Assembly (NCBI GenBank): GCA_013360215.1
Contig: JABWCP010000017.1
Location: 1 to 64,000, forward strand
Direction: 5' to 3'
Source: a bacterium
Lineage (GTDB): Bacteria; CLD3; SB21
Length of the DNA: 64,000 nucleotides
This document shows, piece by piece, positions 20,349-31,479 of this stretch. The notes beneath the pieces were generated by a model. It saw only the letters and a program-made list of their open reading frames with translations. It did not search any database and was not told where the DNA came from. Position 1 is the stretch's first letter, and the number at the start of each line of letters is the position of its first letter. Made by a program: the position numbers and the translations under genes.

Positions 20349-20849
20349 ATGAATTTGTGGATTCGTATGTTGCGTGTTTTTTGGAAATCTTTTTTTTGCA
20401 AAAAGAAAATAGGTCTTTTCGACGAAAGCCGGTTGAGTTTTAGAGTGTGGCCACATGACTGCGACATCAATATGCACCTCAATAACGGGCGCTACCTTAC
20501 ACTCATGGACCTTGGGCGTACGTATCTGATGGCGGAAATGCAAATGCTCTGGAAATTACCCAAAAGAAAATGGTTTCCTGTACTAGGCGGAGTGGAAATC
20601 CAGTTTCTGAAATCAATAGATCCTTTTCAAAAATTTGATATTGCGACACACGTTCTCACTTGGGATGCCAAATGGATTTATGTGGAACAGCGTTTCGAAA
20701 GAAACGGGGTAGTTTTGGCTAAAGCCCATCTGCGTGCATTATTTCTAGGTCCGCAAGGCCGTGTTGCTACGGATGCCATAATTGCTTTAGCGGAATTAGG
20801 TTCTGTCGAAGCGCCTTTGCATCCAGTTTTACAAAAATGGAAAGATTAA
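20349..20849 (+). CDS. Hot-dog-fold acyl-CoA thioesterase (4HBT/THEM6-like)
   Basis: RVWPHDCDINMHLNNGRYLTLMDLGR motif; WDAKWIYVEQRF. Confidence 0.85.
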   Translation: MNLWIRMLRVFWKSFFCKKKIGLFDESRLSFRVWPHDCDINMHLNNGRYLTLMDLGRTYLMAEMQMLWKLPKRKWFPVLGGVEIQFLKSIDPFQKFDIATHVLTWDAKWIYVEQRFERNGVVLAKAHLRALFLGPQGRVATDAIIALAELGSVEAPLHPVLQKWKD

Positions 20850-20949
20850 ATTATTAATTTATCGAAATTGTACTTGCAAAAATTGTAACTATTTCTATCG
20901 CCGTACTAAGCCTCCTAATTCCTATCTAAACGCTTCAAATTAAGCGATA

Positions 20950-21022
20950 TGACGTCTTGTCAATTAGACAAGCGACACGGTGTCTTTTTGTCACTAAATT
21001 CACTTTATATGACAATTTTTCA
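20950..21022 (+). promoter_or_regulatory. Cluster of 13-bp palindrome-like boxes (GACA-N3-TGTC type), candidate enhancer/UAS
   Basis: TGACGTCTTGTCA (20950), TGTCAATTAGACA (20958), CGACACGGTGTCT (20973), TGTCTTTTTGTCA (20981), TGACAATTTTTCA (21010). Confidence 0.6.
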
Positions 21023-21065
21023 GTAGATTTAATCGTAAGTTATTTAAAATCAATATTAAAATTAG

Positions 21066-21081
21066 CGGCACAAGCTTTGCT
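21066..21081 (+). promoter_or_regulatory. Sigma-54 (-24/-12) promoter upstream of dnaK
   Basis: CGGCAC-AAGCT-TTGCT: GG(21067-68)-N10-GC(21079-80), close to the TGGCAC-N5-TTGC consensus. Confidence 0.7.
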
Positions 21082-21144
21082 AAATTAATGGCAGGTAAAA
21101 AAGTTTACTTAAAATAAACATTTGAAAATAAAAGGAGTAATGGT

Positions 21145-23061
21145 ATGGCAAAGGGTAAAGTAATCGGAATCGATCTCGGAACAACGAATTCATGTGTTTC
21201 GATTATGGAAGGCGGTCAACCGGTTGTCATTGCAAATTCTGAAGGTGGTCGTACAACGCCGTCGGTTGTGGGTTTTACCAAAAACGGTGAGCGTTTGATC
21301 GGTAATCCGGCCAAACGTCAATCCATCACCAATCCCAAAAATACGATTTTTTCGATCAAACGTTTTATGGGTCGTCGTTATGACGAAGTAACCAGTGAGC
21401 GTGGACGTGTACCTTACGAAGTGACAGCCGGCGATAATAATACGGCACGTGTCAAAGTAGCGGATATTATGTATTCACCGCCGGAAATTTCGGCTATGGT
21501 GCTTCAAAAAATGAAACAAACTGCGGAAGACTATCTCGGTCAGACGGTAACGGATGCCGTTATTACCGTGCCGGCTTATTTTAATGATGCGCAACGTCAG
21601 GCGACAAAAGATGCCGGAAAAATCGCAGGCCTCAATGTATTGCGTATTCTCAATGAACCTACAGCCGCGGCGTTGGCCTACGGTCTGGATAAGAAGAAAA
21701 ACGAAAAAATAGCCGTCTATGATCTTGGTGGCGGTACATTTGATATTTCCATTCTCGAAATCGGCGACGGTGTTTTCGAAGTATTGGCGACCAACGGTGA
21801 CACCCATCTTGGCGGCGATGATTTTGATGATCTGATCATGAATTATCTTGCGGACGAATTTAAGAAAAATGAAGGCATAGATCTTCGCAAAGATCCGATG
21901 GCTTTGCAACGCCTCAAAGATGCGGCTGAAAAAGCTAAAATTGAGTTGTCGAGCTCTCAGCAGACGCAGATCAATCTGCCGTACATCACGGCCGTAGACA
22001 GCGTGCCGAAGCATTTGGACATCACATTGACACGTTCCAAATTTGAACAAATTTGCGATTCGTTGATTCAACGTACCGTCAAACCGGTCGAGCAGGCGAT
22101 GAAAGATGCCGGTTTGCAATATGCGCAGATTGATGAGGTTATTCTCGTCGGCGGTTCGACGCGTATTCCCAAAATCCAGCAGCTTGTGCAAGACCTTTTC
22201 AAACGCGAACCGCACAAGGGTGTTAACCCGGATGAAGTGGTCGCCGTCGGTGCGGCTATTCAGGGTGCCGTCCTTGCGGGCGAAGTCAAAGACGTATTGT
22301 TGCTTGATGTGACACCGCTTTCACTCGGTATTGAAACGTTGGGCGGGGTATTCACCGCGATGATTCCGCGCAACACGACAATCCCGACGAAGAAGAGCGA
22401 AATTTTTTCAACAGCGGCCGACAGTCAGACGGCGGTAACGATTCGCGTCGGTCAAGGCGAACGCCAAATGTTTGCCGATAACCGCGAACTGGGTCGGTTT
22501 GAACTGATGGGCATTCCGCCTGCGCCGCGCGGTGTACCGCAGATCGAAGTGACATTTGATATTGATGCCAATGGTATCTTGCACGTAACGGCCAAAGATA
22601 AAGCGACCAATAAAGAGCAGCAAATTCGTATCGAATCGTCGTCCGGTCTTAACAAAGACGAGATTGATCGTATGGTCAATCAAGCGCAGGAACATGCCGA
22701 AGAAGACAAAAAACGTCGTGAAAAAATCGATACCAAAAATCAGGCTGAAAGCTTGGCGTATCAGACGGAAAAAAATATCAAAGAATTCGGAGATAAAGTC
22801 GATGCGGACAGCAAATCACGCTTAGAGGGTGAAATGCAAAAACTGAAAGACGCCATCGCTACGGATAACACCGACACGATGAAATCGGCCATGGAGTCGC
22901 TCAGTGCGATTTGGAATGAAGTGTCTTCTAAAATGTATCAGGCAGGTGCCGGTGCTCAGGGCGCGACCGGTGCCGGTCCGACAGACGGTGGTGCGCAACA
23001 GCAGAGTGGCCAAAAAGTCGAAGAGGCCGATTATGAAGTGGTGGATGAAAATAAGAAGTAA
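21145..23061 (+). CDS. dnaK: Molecular chaperone DnaK
   Basis: [48 protein letters not shown] motifs; AAAGGAG SD. Confidence 0.99.
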   Translation: MAKGKVIGIDLGTTNSCVSIMEGGQPVVIANSEGGRTTPSVVGFTKNGERLIGNPAKRQSITNPKNTIFSIKRFMGRRYDEVTSERGRVPYEVTAGDNNTARVKVADIMYSPPEISAMVLQKMKQTAEDYLGQTVTDAVITVPAYFNDAQRQATKDAGKIAGLNVLRILNEPTAAALAYGLDKKKNEKIAVYDLGGGTFDISILEIGDGVFEVLATNGDTHLGGDDFDDLIMNYLADEFKKNEGIDLRKDPMALQRLKDAAEKAKIELSSSQQTQINLPYITAVDSVPKHLDITLTRSKFEQICDSLIQRTVKPVEQAMKDAGLQYAQIDEVILVGGSTRIPKIQQLVQDLFKREPHKGVNPDEVVAVGAAIQGAVLAGEVKDVLLLDVTPLSLGIETLGGVFTAMIPRNTTIPTKKSEIFSTAADSQTAVTIRVGQGERQMFADNRELGRFELMGIPPAPRGVPQIEVTFDIDANGILHVTAKDKATNKEQQIRIESSSGLNKDEIDRMVNQAQEHAEEDKKRREKIDTKNQAESLAYQTEKNIKEFGDKVDADSKSRLEGEMQKLKDAIATDNTDTMKSAMESLSAIWNEVSSKMYQAGAGAQGATGAGPTDGGAQQQSGQKVEEADYEVVDENKK

Positions 23062-23084
23062 CCAGTTTAGTAAATGAATTTAAA

Positions 23085-23231
23085 ATGAATAATATATCAT
23101 ACGATATTGCTAAAAAAATAAAAGAGATAGACACGCAGTCAAAAAATTTGTTCGCTGAAAAATCCAAATTAGACTTGGTATTATCTGAGCCGAACTTATT
23201 TAATTTTTTAACCAAAAAGTTTTTTGAGTGA
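23085..23231 (+). CDS. Possible 48-aa small protein filling the dnaK-FmdB gap
   Basis: ATG..TGA frame MNNISYDIAKKIKEIDTQSKNLFAEKSKLDLVLSEPNLFNFLTKKFFE ends 3 nt before the next ATG; no clear SD. Confidence 0.25.
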   Translation: MNNISYDIAKKIKEIDTQSKNLFAEKSKLDLVLSEPNLFNFLTKKFFE

Positions 23232-23234
23232 AAA

Positions 23235-23453
23235 ATGCCGACATACGATTATAAATGCAAAAACGGCCATGTTTTCGAAGAATTTCATGGTATCAATGAT
23301 AGCCCCGAGACGGTTTGCCCGCAATGCGGACAACCGGCAGTGAAAGAAATTGGCGCCGGTTCAGGCCTGATGTTCAAAGGTTCCGGGTTCTACATTACCG
23401 ACTATAAAAAGAACAGCGGCTCGGACAGCGGATCAAAATCGGGCAAAGAGTAA
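23235..23453 (+). CDS. FmdB-family zinc-ribbon protein
   Basis: MPTYDYKCKNGHVFE...CPQCG...FKGSGFYITDY signature. Confidence 0.9.
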   Translation: MPTYDYKCKNGHVFEEFHGINDSPETVCPQCGQPAVKEIGAGSGLMFKGSGFYITDYKKNSGSDSGSKSGKE

Positions 23454-23478
23454 CGATTTTTTAATAAGCACTTAGGCA

Positions 23479-23536
23479 TCCGTAAAAACTCATGCCAAAG
23501 TGCAGTTGAAATCATTTACCGGCGTGGGTTTACGGA
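23479..23536 (+). promoter_or_regulatory. Long stem-loop in the htpX leader
   Basis: TCCGTAAA/TTTACGGA plus CTCATGCC/GGCGTGGG (two G-U pairs), 24-nt loop. Confidence 0.5.
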
Positions 23537-23569
23537 CGACGGTGCAACTAAAATGACAGGTGAAAACCT

Positions 23570-24457
23570 ATGAAAATCCTGAACACGTTCAAAACGATGT
23601 TCTTCCTCACGACACTCGTTCTGCTTTTTGGTTTTATCGGCATGATGATCGGCGGTAAAAGCGGAATGATCATTGCCTTGATTTTGGCGGGGTTGATGAA
23701 TTTTGTAACGTATTGGTTCAGTGATAAGATCGTACTCAGCATGTATGGTGCTAAAGAAGTGCAGTACGCCGATCAACCCAAGTTGTATAGCATGGTACAA
23801 AACCTTGCCCAGCGTGCCGGTTTACCGATGCCGCGCGTGTACATCATTCCTACCGATACGCCCAATGCTTTTGCTACGGGGCGCGATCCCCAGCACGGTG
23901 CCGTAGCGGTGACCGAAGGTATTATGGCCCGTTTGAGTGATGATGAAATGGAAGGTGTTATTGCGCACGAACTCGGTCACATCAAAAACCGGGATATTCT
24001 GATCAGTACCATCGTGGCGACGATCGCAGGAGCTATTTCCTCCTTGGCCAGTATGGCCCAATGGGCGGCTATTTTCGGCGGGTTTAACCGTTCCGATGAC
24101 GAAGATAATGGCGGCGGCGGTAATATCGTGAGTGCTATGATCATAGCCATAGTGGCTCCGATCGCAGCGATGCTGATACAATTAGCCATTTCGCGTTCGC
24201 GCGAATTTTTAGCCGATCAGGCCGGTGCTGAAATATCCGGTAAACCGATGGGTTTGGCTAATGCCCTGATTAAACTGGAGCAGACCAATCTGCGTCTGCC
24301 CATGGACGCCAATCAGGCTACCGCGCATTTGTTTATTGTAAGTCCGCTTTCGGGCAAAGGGTTTGTTAATTTGTTTCGCACGCACCCGACGACCGAGGAG
24401 CGTGTTGCCAAACTCAAACAATGGGAAGAACAGCAGTACGGACTTATTACCCGTTAA
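23570..24457 (+). CDS. htpX: Membrane zinc metalloprotease HtpX
   Basis: [14 protein letters not shown] (HEXXH), [20 protein letters not shown] motifs. Confidence 0.96.
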   Translation: MKILNTFKTMFFLTTLVLLFGFIGMMIGGKSGMIIALILAGLMNFVTYWFSDKIVLSMYGAKEVQYADQPKLYSMVQNLAQRAGLPMPRVYIIPTDTPNAFATGRDPQHGAVAVTEGIMARLSDDEMEGVIAHELGHIKNRDILISTIVATIAGAISSLASMAQWAAIFGGFNRSDDEDNGGGGNIVSAMIIAIVAPIAAMLIQLAISRSREFLADQAGAEISGKPMGLANALIKLEQTNLRLPMDANQATAHLFIVSPLSGKGFVNLFRTHPTTEERVAKLKQWEEQQYGLITR

Positions 24458-24466
24458 TGCGTAACG

Positions 24467-25333
24467 ATGAAAGATTATTATAAAATACTCGGTGTGCCGG
24501 AATCGGCTTCGTCGGAGGATATTAAAGCGGCGTATAAAAATCTCGCCAAAAAATATCATCCGGACCGCAATCCGGGCAATAAGCAATCCGAGGAGAAATT
24601 TAAGGAGATGTCCGAGGCGTATAATATTTTAAGCGATGTCAAAAAACGTAAAGAATATGATACGATGCGGCGTTTTGGCGGCCAGGGCAGCGGCTTTTCG
24701 GGAAGCGATAATTTTGACCTGAATGATTTCATGCGCAATTTCGGATTTAGCGGACAGAACGCTTCTTTTCGAAGTTCAGGCGGTTTTTCGGATTTATTTG
24801 ATGAAATGTTCTTTGGAAAAGGCGGCGCGCATACTTCAGAGGCGGACCAGCGGGTTGAATTGACCATTACATTTGAAAAATCAATTCAGGGCGGTGAAGT
24901 GGATTTTACGTTACGGCAACATGGTAACCAAAATTTACGCGTTAAAATCCCCGCGGGCATACAGGACGGCGAGGTGTTGCGAATTCAAAATCCGAATATC
25001 GGTTCAATTAACCTGACGATTCGCGTGCAGCCGGATAAAGCATTTACTCGCAAAGGAATTGATATTTATGCGGATGTGCAGGCCAATCTTGCGCAGCTGA
25101 TGCTTGGGAGCAGCGTACGTGTACACACCGTATATGGCAATGCGATCGATGTCAAAATACAGCCCGGCACACAACCCGGTACGATATTAAAGCTTTCCGG
25201 TTTTGGTGTTAAAACTTCGCGCAATCATGGCGATATGTATGTTACGATCAAAACAAAAATCCCGGGACATTTGAACAAACATCAAAAGGAGCTTTTTGAA
25301 AATTTTGCTAAGAGTTTGGATTTAAAGTGGTAA
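24467..25333 (+). CDS. Class B J-domain protein (DnaJ/CbpA-like, no Zn finger)
   Basis: [18 protein letters not shown]-rich region, VKIPAGI and IQPGTQPG C-terminal domains; no CxxCxGxG repeats. Confidence 0.9.
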   Translation: MKDYYKILGVPESASSEDIKAAYKNLAKKYHPDRNPGNKQSEEKFKEMSEAYNILSDVKKRKEYDTMRRFGGQGSGFSGSDNFDLNDFMRNFGFSGQNASFRSSGGFSDLFDEMFFGKGGAHTSEADQRVELTITFEKSIQGGEVDFTLRQHGNQNLRVKIPAGIQDGEVLRIQNPNIGSINLTIRVQPDKAFTRKGIDIYADVQANLAQLMLGSSVRVHTVYGNAIDVKIQPGTQPGTILKLSGFGVKTSRNHGDMYVTIKTKIPGHLNKHQKELFENFAKSLDLKW

Positions 25334-25376
25334 CAATTTTCAGATTTTACATTGATTAAAAAAAATTAACAAAACT

Positions 25377-25405
25377 TTGACATGACGTTGTGCGTAAATA
25401 ATAAT
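25377..25405 (+). promoter_or_regulatory. Putative sigma70 promoter of degP
   Basis: TTGACA-N17-AATAAT. Confidence 0.55.
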
Positions 25406-25442
25406 CGTAAACAACATCGCACAACGAATGGAGGTCTTAACC

Positions 25443-26966
25443 ATGGTTAGCACACGTTCATCAAAACTCATTGCTGGATTTTCCCTCATCATTATCGGTA
25501 TTGTCGCCGGCGTGATTTTGACGGCCAATTTCAATTTTACGCATAAAGGCAAAGCATCGGCGGAATCCGAGCAACGCGCCAAACTGGAAGAAACGATGGC
25601 GACAATGAAGGATTTCAGTGAAGGATTTTCGGCCGTTGCAGAATACGTTACTCCGAGTGTTGTCACGGTCGAAACGGAAAAAACCGTTCGCGTAGATTCC
25701 CGTCAATTTAATCCGTTCGGTGATTTTTTTGGCGATAATGATCCCTTTCAACAGTTCTTTGGCGCTCCGCGCGGTGGACAACCCCAGGAACAAAAATTGA
25801 GTGGTCTCGGGTCGGGCGTTATCGTCAGTGAAGACGGATATGTCATTACCAACAATCACGTGATTGATAATACGGATAAGATCAAAGTTACCTTGTCCAA
25901 TGAAAAAACATACGAAGCCAAACTTATCGGAACGGATCCGCGCACGGATATAGCTATTCTCAAGATTGATGAAAAAGGGTTACCCGCTGTAAAGATTGCC
26001 GATTCGGATAAGATCAAAGTGGGCCAGTGGGCTGTCGCGATCGGCAATCCGTTTAGCAAACAGCTTAGCCATACGGTAACAGCCGGTATTGTCAGCGGTA
26101 TTGCGCGCTCGTCCATTAACTCGGATACCGACGTGGATTTTCTGCAAACCGATGCCGCAATCAATCCCGGTAATAGCGGCGGTGCTTTGGTGAATATGAC
26201 CGGAGAACTCATCGGTATCAATGCTGCGATTTTATCGAAAAGCGGTGGTTACGAAGGCATCGGTTTTGCGATTCCTTCGAACCTTGCTAAATCGGTAATG
26301 GATCAATTGATCAAAAATGGTAAAGTCGTTCGCGGATATGTCGGTGTACAAATGCAGGATATTTCCGAAGAGATGGCCAAAGCGCTGAGTTTGAAAGAAC
26401 CAAAAGGCGCCGTAGTGGCCGCGATCATGGAAGACAGCCCTGCAGAAAAAGCCGGTTTGCAGCAAGGCGATGTAATCACCAAAGTTAACGGCAAATCGGT
26501 TGAGAACAGTGCTGAAATTCGAAAAAATATCGTAAACAAAAACCCCGGAACATCGGTTGATCTCGGCGTTATACGTGATGGAAAAGATATGACGATCAAG
26601 GTTGTACTCGGCGAAGCACCGTCAGAACAACCCGTAGCGGCCAGTAAAGAAGAAAGTTCGACCGCAAAGAAAAATGCCGAAAGACTGGGTATGGGCATTG
26701 CCAACCTCAGTCGCGATTTGGCGCAGAAATACGGATTTAATGCCAAAGAAGGCGGCGTCGTGATCACATCGATTGACCAAAATGGTCCGGCATTCCGAGG
26801 CGGTCTGCGCGAAGGTGATGTTATCAAACGCGTAGGTCGTACGGATATCAAGTCCACTAAAGAATTTTCAGAAGCTGTAAACAAGATCAGTAAAGGTGAT
26901 ACCGCGTTGTTCCTCGTCAATCGCAAAGGAACTTCGATGTTTATCGCGTTTAATATACCGAATTAA
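25443..26966 (+). CDS. degP: DegP/DegQ (HtrA, Do family) serine protease with two PDZ domains; start probably ATG 25443
   Basis: TNNHVI, DIAILKI, TDAAINPGNSGG catalytic triad; two PDZ domains; GGAGG SD precedes ATG 25443. Confidence 0.93.
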   Translation: MVSTRSSKLIAGFSLIIIGIVAGVILTANFNFTHKGKASAESEQRAKLEETMATMKDFSEGFSAVAEYVTPSVVTVETEKTVRVDSRQFNPFGDFFGDNDPFQQFFGAPRGGQPQEQKLSGLGSGVIVSEDGYVITNNHVIDNTDKIKVTLSNEKTYEAKLIGTDPRTDIAILKIDEKGLPAVKIADSDKIKVGQWAVAIGNPFSKQLSHTVTAGIVSGIARSSINSDTDVDFLQTDAAINPGNSGGALVNMTGELIGINAAILSKSGGYEGIGFAIPSNLAKSVMDQLIKNGKVVRGYVGVQMQDISEEMAKALSLKEPKGAVVAAIMEDSPAEKAGLQQGDVITKVNGKSVENSAEIRKNIVNKNPGTSVDLGVIRDGKDMTIKVVLGEAPSEQPVAASKEESSTAKKNAERLGMGIANLSRDLAQKYGFNAKEGGVVITSIDQNGPAFRGGLREGDVIKRVGRTDIKSTKEFSEAVNKISKGDTALFLVNRKGTSMFIAFNIPN

Positions 26967-26990
26967 AAAATAAAATTTCCGATCTTAGAG

Positions 26991-27023
26991 AAAAGCATCA
27001 GGACTTTTCCTGATGCTTTTTTT
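26991..27023 (+). terminator. Intrinsic terminator between degP and lon
   Basis: AAAAGCATCAGGA-CTTT-TCCTGATGC followed by T7. Confidence 0.85.
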
Positions 27024-27042
27024 CTAATCAACCAGGAAGGTT

Positions 27043-29496
27043 ATGACGAAAACGCTGGAAGAACAAATTTCCACCAAAGAAAAGAAAAAACGCGGCGGCC
27101 AGGTGCCCGATTCGCTGCCGATCATTCCGCTGCGCAATACGGTGCTGTTCCCGCAGCAAATCATGCCGTTGTCGATAGGGCGCGATAAAACATTACGTTT
27201 GGTGTCTGAATTCGCCGATGCCAATCGTCTGATCGGTGTCGTGGCTCAAAAAGAAAGCGCTATCGAAAATCCGTCTCAAACCGAAATGTACGAATACGGT
27301 GTGGCCGCGACGATCGTACGTGTTTTTGATATGCCGGACGGGAGCAAAAGCGTCATCGTGCAGGGTGTTCAACGCATACGCATCAACGATTTTATACAGG
27401 AAGATCCGTACTGGATTGCCAATGTAACCGAGCTGGGCGATATTCCTGCGCCGGCGAGCGACCTGGAAATTGACGCGTTGATGAATAACATCAAAAACAT
27501 TTTTCAAAAAATGTCGGGACTTGCGCCGTATATCACGGCCGAGCAGACGACGATGATTCTGAATATTCAACAACCTGGGCGATTGTCCGATGCCGCCGTA
27601 GCAGCGCTCAATATTCCTACGGATGAAAAGCAGGGCATACTTCAAATTTTGGATGTCAAAATCCGACTGGAGCAGACACATATCATGCTTACCAAAGTAC
27701 TTCAGACTTTGGAACTTGGTAATAAAATTCAGAGCGATGTACAAGACGAGATCAGCAAAACGCAACGCGAATATTATTTGCGTGAACAACTCAAAGCCAT
27801 ACAGCGCGAGCTGGGCGAAGTCGAAACCGGTAATCCGGAAATTTCAGAATTACGCGAAAAAGTAGAAAAAGCCAACATGCCTAAAGAGGCGTTGGAGGTA
27901 GCTAAAAAAGAATTAGAACGTCTCGGCCGCATGTCGCCGATGGCGGCCGAATACACGGTTTCGCGCACATATATTGATTGGCTGATTGATATCCCGTGGA
28001 ATATTTTTACTGAAGACAACCTCAATATCAAAGAAGCGCACGAGAGGTTAGATTCGGATCACTTTGGATTGGATAAGGTTAAAAAACGTATTCTTGAATA
28101 CCTTGCTGTTCGTAAACTTAAGAATGATATGCGTGGGCCGATTTTATGTTTTGTTGGCCCTCCGGGCGTAGGCAAAACATCACTGGGACGCTCTATTGCC
28201 AATGCTCTTGGACGCAAATTTGTGCGCGTCGCTTTGGGTGGTATTCGCGATGAGGCGGAAGTACGTGGTCATCGTCGTACCTATATCGGTGCATTGCCCG
28301 GTCGTGTGTTACAAGGAATAAAGAAAGCCGGTTCATCCAATCCTGTTTTCATGCTGGATGAAATTGATAAGGTAGGAATGGATTTTCGGGGTGACCCGTC
28401 AAGTGCGTTACTGGAAGTTTTGGATCCGGAGCAAAATAATTCGTTTTCTGATCATTATCTCGAAGTACCTTTTGATTTGAGTAAAGTGCTTTTTATTGCT
28501 ACGGCCAATTTAGCTGACCCGATCATACCGGCGCTTCGCGATCGTATGGAGGTCATAGAAATTCCGGGTTACACGGAAGAAGAAAAAATTAAGATTGCTG
28601 AAAAATTTATCATCCCAAAACAAACCAAAGAACACGGTCTGAAAGAAAATCAAATTCGTTTTACTAAAGATGCCGTCCGTTTGATAGTTCGCGAATATAC
28701 ACGGGAAGCCGGTTTACGAAACTTGGAACGTGAAATGGCAACGGTTTGCCGAGGTGTGGCGCGTGAAGTAGCGGAAAATAAAATTACGAAGAAGACGATT
28801 GACGGAAAAAATCTTCACGAATACCTCGGTCGCGCGAAGTTTTTTCTCGATGCATCCGAACGTATCAAAAAACCGGGTATTGTCACAGGGCTTGCGTGGA
28901 CGGCTGCCGGTGGGGATATTTTATTTATCGAAGCGAGTAAAATGCGCGGAAAAGGTGCGCTTACATTGACCGGTCAACTCGGCGATGTAATGAAAGAAAG
29001 CGCCGTAGCGGCTTTAAGTCAAATCAAGTCGCAAGCCGATGTATTGGGTATCACGGAAGATTTTGACAAGATTGATATACATATTCACGTTCCTGCCGGG
29101 GCTATACCCAAAGACGGTCCTTCGGCCGGTATCACGATGTACACGGCGTTGTATTCTTTACTGACGGATCGACTCGTTCGCAATGATGTCGCCATGACAG
29201 GTGAAATCACATTACGCGGTACGGTTTTGCCAATCGGTGGAGTAAAAGAAAAAATTTTGGCGGCTCATCGTGCGGGATTGCGAACGATCATTTTGCCGGA
29301 TAAAAACGAAAAAGATCTTGATGAAGTACCTGCACAGATTCGTAAAGAAATGACCTTTATACCTGTGAATGAGGTTTCTAAAGTCATCGAAAATGCTTTA
29401 CGACCGGAAAAACGTGCGGGTCATTCTTCGCATGGTAACGGAAAAATAAAGTCAAAAAAAATGCTACGTAAAAAGATCGCTGCGCGAAGTAAATAA
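27043..29496 (+). CDS. lon: ATP-dependent protease La (LonA)
   Basis: [14 protein letters not shown]-domain, GPPGVGKTS Walker A, PKDGPSAG catalytic Ser, [10 protein letters not shown] catalytic Lys. Confidence 0.98.
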   Translation: MTKTLEEQISTKEKKKRGGQVPDSLPIIPLRNTVLFPQQIMPLSIGRDKTLRLVSEFADANRLIGVVAQKESAIENPSQTEMYEYGVAATIVRVFDMPDGSKSVIVQGVQRIRINDFIQEDPYWIANVTELGDIPAPASDLEIDALMNNIKNIFQKMSGLAPYITAEQTTMILNIQQPGRLSDAAVAALNIPTDEKQGILQILDVKIRLEQTHIMLTKVLQTLELGNKIQSDVQDEISKTQREYYLREQLKAIQRELGEVETGNPEISELREKVEKANMPKEALEVAKKELERLGRMSPMAAEYTVSRTYIDWLIDIPWNIFTEDNLNIKEAHERLDSDHFGLDKVKKRILEYLAVRKLKNDMRGPILCFVGPPGVGKTSLGRSIANALGRKFVRVALGGIRDEAEVRGHRRTYIGALPGRVLQGIKKAGSSNPVFMLDEIDKVGMDFRGDPSSALLEVLDPEQNNSFSDHYLEVPFDLSKVLFIATANLADPIIPALRDRMEVIEIPGYTEEEKIKIAEKFIIPKQTKEHGLKENQIRFTKDAVRLIVREYTREAGLRNLEREMATVCRGVAREVAENKITKKTIDGKNLHEYLGRAKFFLDASERIKKPGIVTGLAWTAAGGDILFIEASKMRGKGALTLTGQLGDVMKESAVAALSQIKSQADVLGITEDFDKIDIHIHVPAGAIPKDGPSAGITMYTALYSLLTDRLVRNDVAMTGEITLRGTVLPIGGVKEKILAAHRAGLRTIILPDKNEKDLDEVPAQIRKEMTFIPVNEVSKVIENALRPEKRAGHSSHGNGKIKSKKMLRKKIAARSK

Positions 29497-29522
29497 ATAC
29501 AGAAAGGTAACCGGTTAGTCGA

Positions 29523-31469
29523 ATGAACTCCAAATACCAAATACCAGTCATTATCGGCATATTGCTGGTATTTATGCTGCTCAATCCGATATTGTTTTCT
29601 TCCAATCAGGATGTTGAAGTTTCCTATAAATCCTTTCGGGATAGTCTTCAGGCCGGTCGCGTGGATGAAGTGCAAATCACCGGTGAAAAAATATTCGGCC
29701 GCTTTAAATTATCCGATAGCGCCATAGCGGCGATGCAAACAAAAGAAGCCGAAAAACCTACGGATTTGGCAGAACGTATTCGCCTCGGTCAATTATTTGA
29801 GAATACGTTCAAAAAAGACATGCGTCAGCCGTTTGTTGTAATTGCCTTACCGGATGAAAAATTAGTCGAGGATTTACAAAAGTACGGTGTTAACTACAAA
29901 GGCGTAATTGACAGCAATTGGCTTGAAAATCTGCTACTGTATTGGGTATTCCCTCTGATACTTTTATTTTTTGTTTGGGGTTTTATTTTCCGACGCATGG
30001 GCGGCGGTGCCAATGTGATGAACATAGGCAAAAATAAAGCGCGTATATATGCCGCTGATACTAAAACACGGGTTACCTTTGAAGACGTAGCCGGAGTTGA
30101 AGAGGTTATCGAAGAAGTACGCGAAATTGTGGATTTCCTCAAAAATCCTAAAAAATATACCAAGTTAGGCGCTAAAATTCCCAAAGGTGTCTTATTAGTA
30201 GGTCCTCCGGGTACTGGAAAAACACTCTTGGCAAAAGCCGTTGCCGGTGAGGCCAATGTTCCGTTTTTCAGTCTCAGCGGTTCGGACTTTGTGGAGATGT
30301 TTGTCGGCGTGGGCGCTTCGCGCGTGCGTGATCTTTTTGCCGAAGCTAAATCTAAAGCCCCGTGTATCATCTTTATTGATGAGATCGACGCTATCGGTCG
30401 CAGTCGTGCAAAAGGTTTTGTGATGGGCGGCCATGATGAACGCGAAAATACGTTGAACCAATTACTCGTTGAGATGGATGGTTTTAATACGGACAAAGGT
30501 GTCATCATCATGGGAGCGACCAATCGTCCTGATGTTTTGGATTCGGCATTACTCAGACCAGGCCGTTTTGATCGTCAAGTTGTGTTAGATCGTCCTGATC
30601 TCAAGGCGCGCGTGGATATTTTTAATGTACACACCAAAGGTATGCCGTTAGCGGCGGATCTTGATATCAAATCACTTGCAGCACAAACGCCCGGTTTTGC
30701 CGGTGCGGAGATCGCCAATGTCTGCAACGAAGCGTCATTATTGGCTTCCCGTAAAGATAAAGAACGCATCGAAATGAGTGATTTTCAGGAAGCCATCGAA
30801 CGTGTTATCGGTGGATTAGAAAAGAAAAATAAAATTATCAGCCCGAGGGAACGTGTCATCGTGGCATATCACGAATCCGGTCACGCCGTGGTCGGGCATT
30901 ATCTTGAAAATGCGGACCCCGTACATAAAGTTTCCATCGTGCCGCGCGGTATCGGTGCACTCGGTTATACGCTGCAGACGCCGCTGGAAGACCGATATCT
31001 TTTATCCAAAGATGAATTGATCGAGCGTATGTGCAGTCTGCTTGGCGGGCGTGCGGCGGAAGATATCGTTTTAGGCAAAGTTTCTACCGGTGCCTCCAAT
31101 GATCTCGAACGCGTCACTGAGATCGCCAATCGTATGGTGACAATGTACGGGATGAGCGATAAATTGGGCAATTTATCCTTTACCGAACAAGGTCGTGAAA
31201 ATTTCCTTGGTGGCGTCAACATGAAGCCTTATAGCGAAGAAACGGCTAAACTAATTGATAGCGAAGTCAAATCCATCGTGGATATGGCTTACGAGAAAAC
31301 CAAACAACTTTTAATCGATCGACGTGAGGAGTTGGAAGCCCTAACTCAGCGTTTGCTTGAAAAAGAAGTGCTCGATAAAAAACAAATCGAGGAGATTCTG
31401 GGAGAAAAGCCCGTGCCGGAGAATAACGGGCATGTTCCTAAAGAAAAAACAATAGCAACGCCGGAATAA
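29523..31469 (+). CDS. ftsH: ATP-dependent zinc metalloprotease FtsH
   Basis: Two TM helices, [40 protein letters not shown]. Confidence 0.98.
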   Translation: MNSKYQIPVIIGILLVFMLLNPILFSSNQDVEVSYKSFRDSLQAGRVDEVQITGEKIFGRFKLSDSAIAAMQTKEAEKPTDLAERIRLGQLFENTFKKDMRQPFVVIALPDEKLVEDLQKYGVNYKGVIDSNWLENLLLYWVFPLILLFFVWGFIFRRMGGGANVMNIGKNKARIYAADTKTRVTFEDVAGVEEVIEEVREIVDFLKNPKKYTKLGAKIPKGVLLVGPPGTGKTLLAKAVAGEANVPFFSLSGSDFVEMFVGVGASRVRDLFAEAKSKAPCIIFIDEIDAIGRSRAKGFVMGGHDERENTLNQLLVEMDGFNTDKGVIIMGATNRPDVLDSALLRPGRFDRQVVLDRPDLKARVDIFNVHTKGMPLAADLDIKSLAAQTPGFAGAEIANVCNEASLLASRKDKERIEMSDFQEAIERVIGGLEKKNKIISPRERVIVAYHESGHAVVGHYLENADPVHKVSIVPRGIGALGYTLQTPLEDRYLLSKDELIERMCSLLGGRAAEDIVLGKVSTGASNDLERVTEIANRMVTMYGMSDKLGNLSFTEQGRENFLGGVNMKPYSEETAKLIDSEVKSIVDMAYEKTKQLLIDRREELEALTQRLLEKEVLDKKQIEEILGEKPVPENNGHVPKEKTIATPE

Positions 31470-31479
31470 TATATTATCC

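Noticed and set aside
21062-21083. TTAGC...GCTAA inverted repeat before dnaK as a CIRCE element
   Set aside because: Spacing is N12, not the N17 required by TTAGCACTC-N9-GAGTGCTAA, and the inner ACTC/GAGT is missing; a sigma-54 -24/-12 site explains it better
21475-22215. 246-aa antisense ORF opposite dnaK
   Set aside because: Long antisense frames opposite dnaK are a known codon-bias artefact; no independent coding signals
21145-31469. Mobile heat-resistance island (LHR/TLPQC)
   Set aside because: No transposase, integrase, flanking repeats, ClpG or small HSP; codon style looks native
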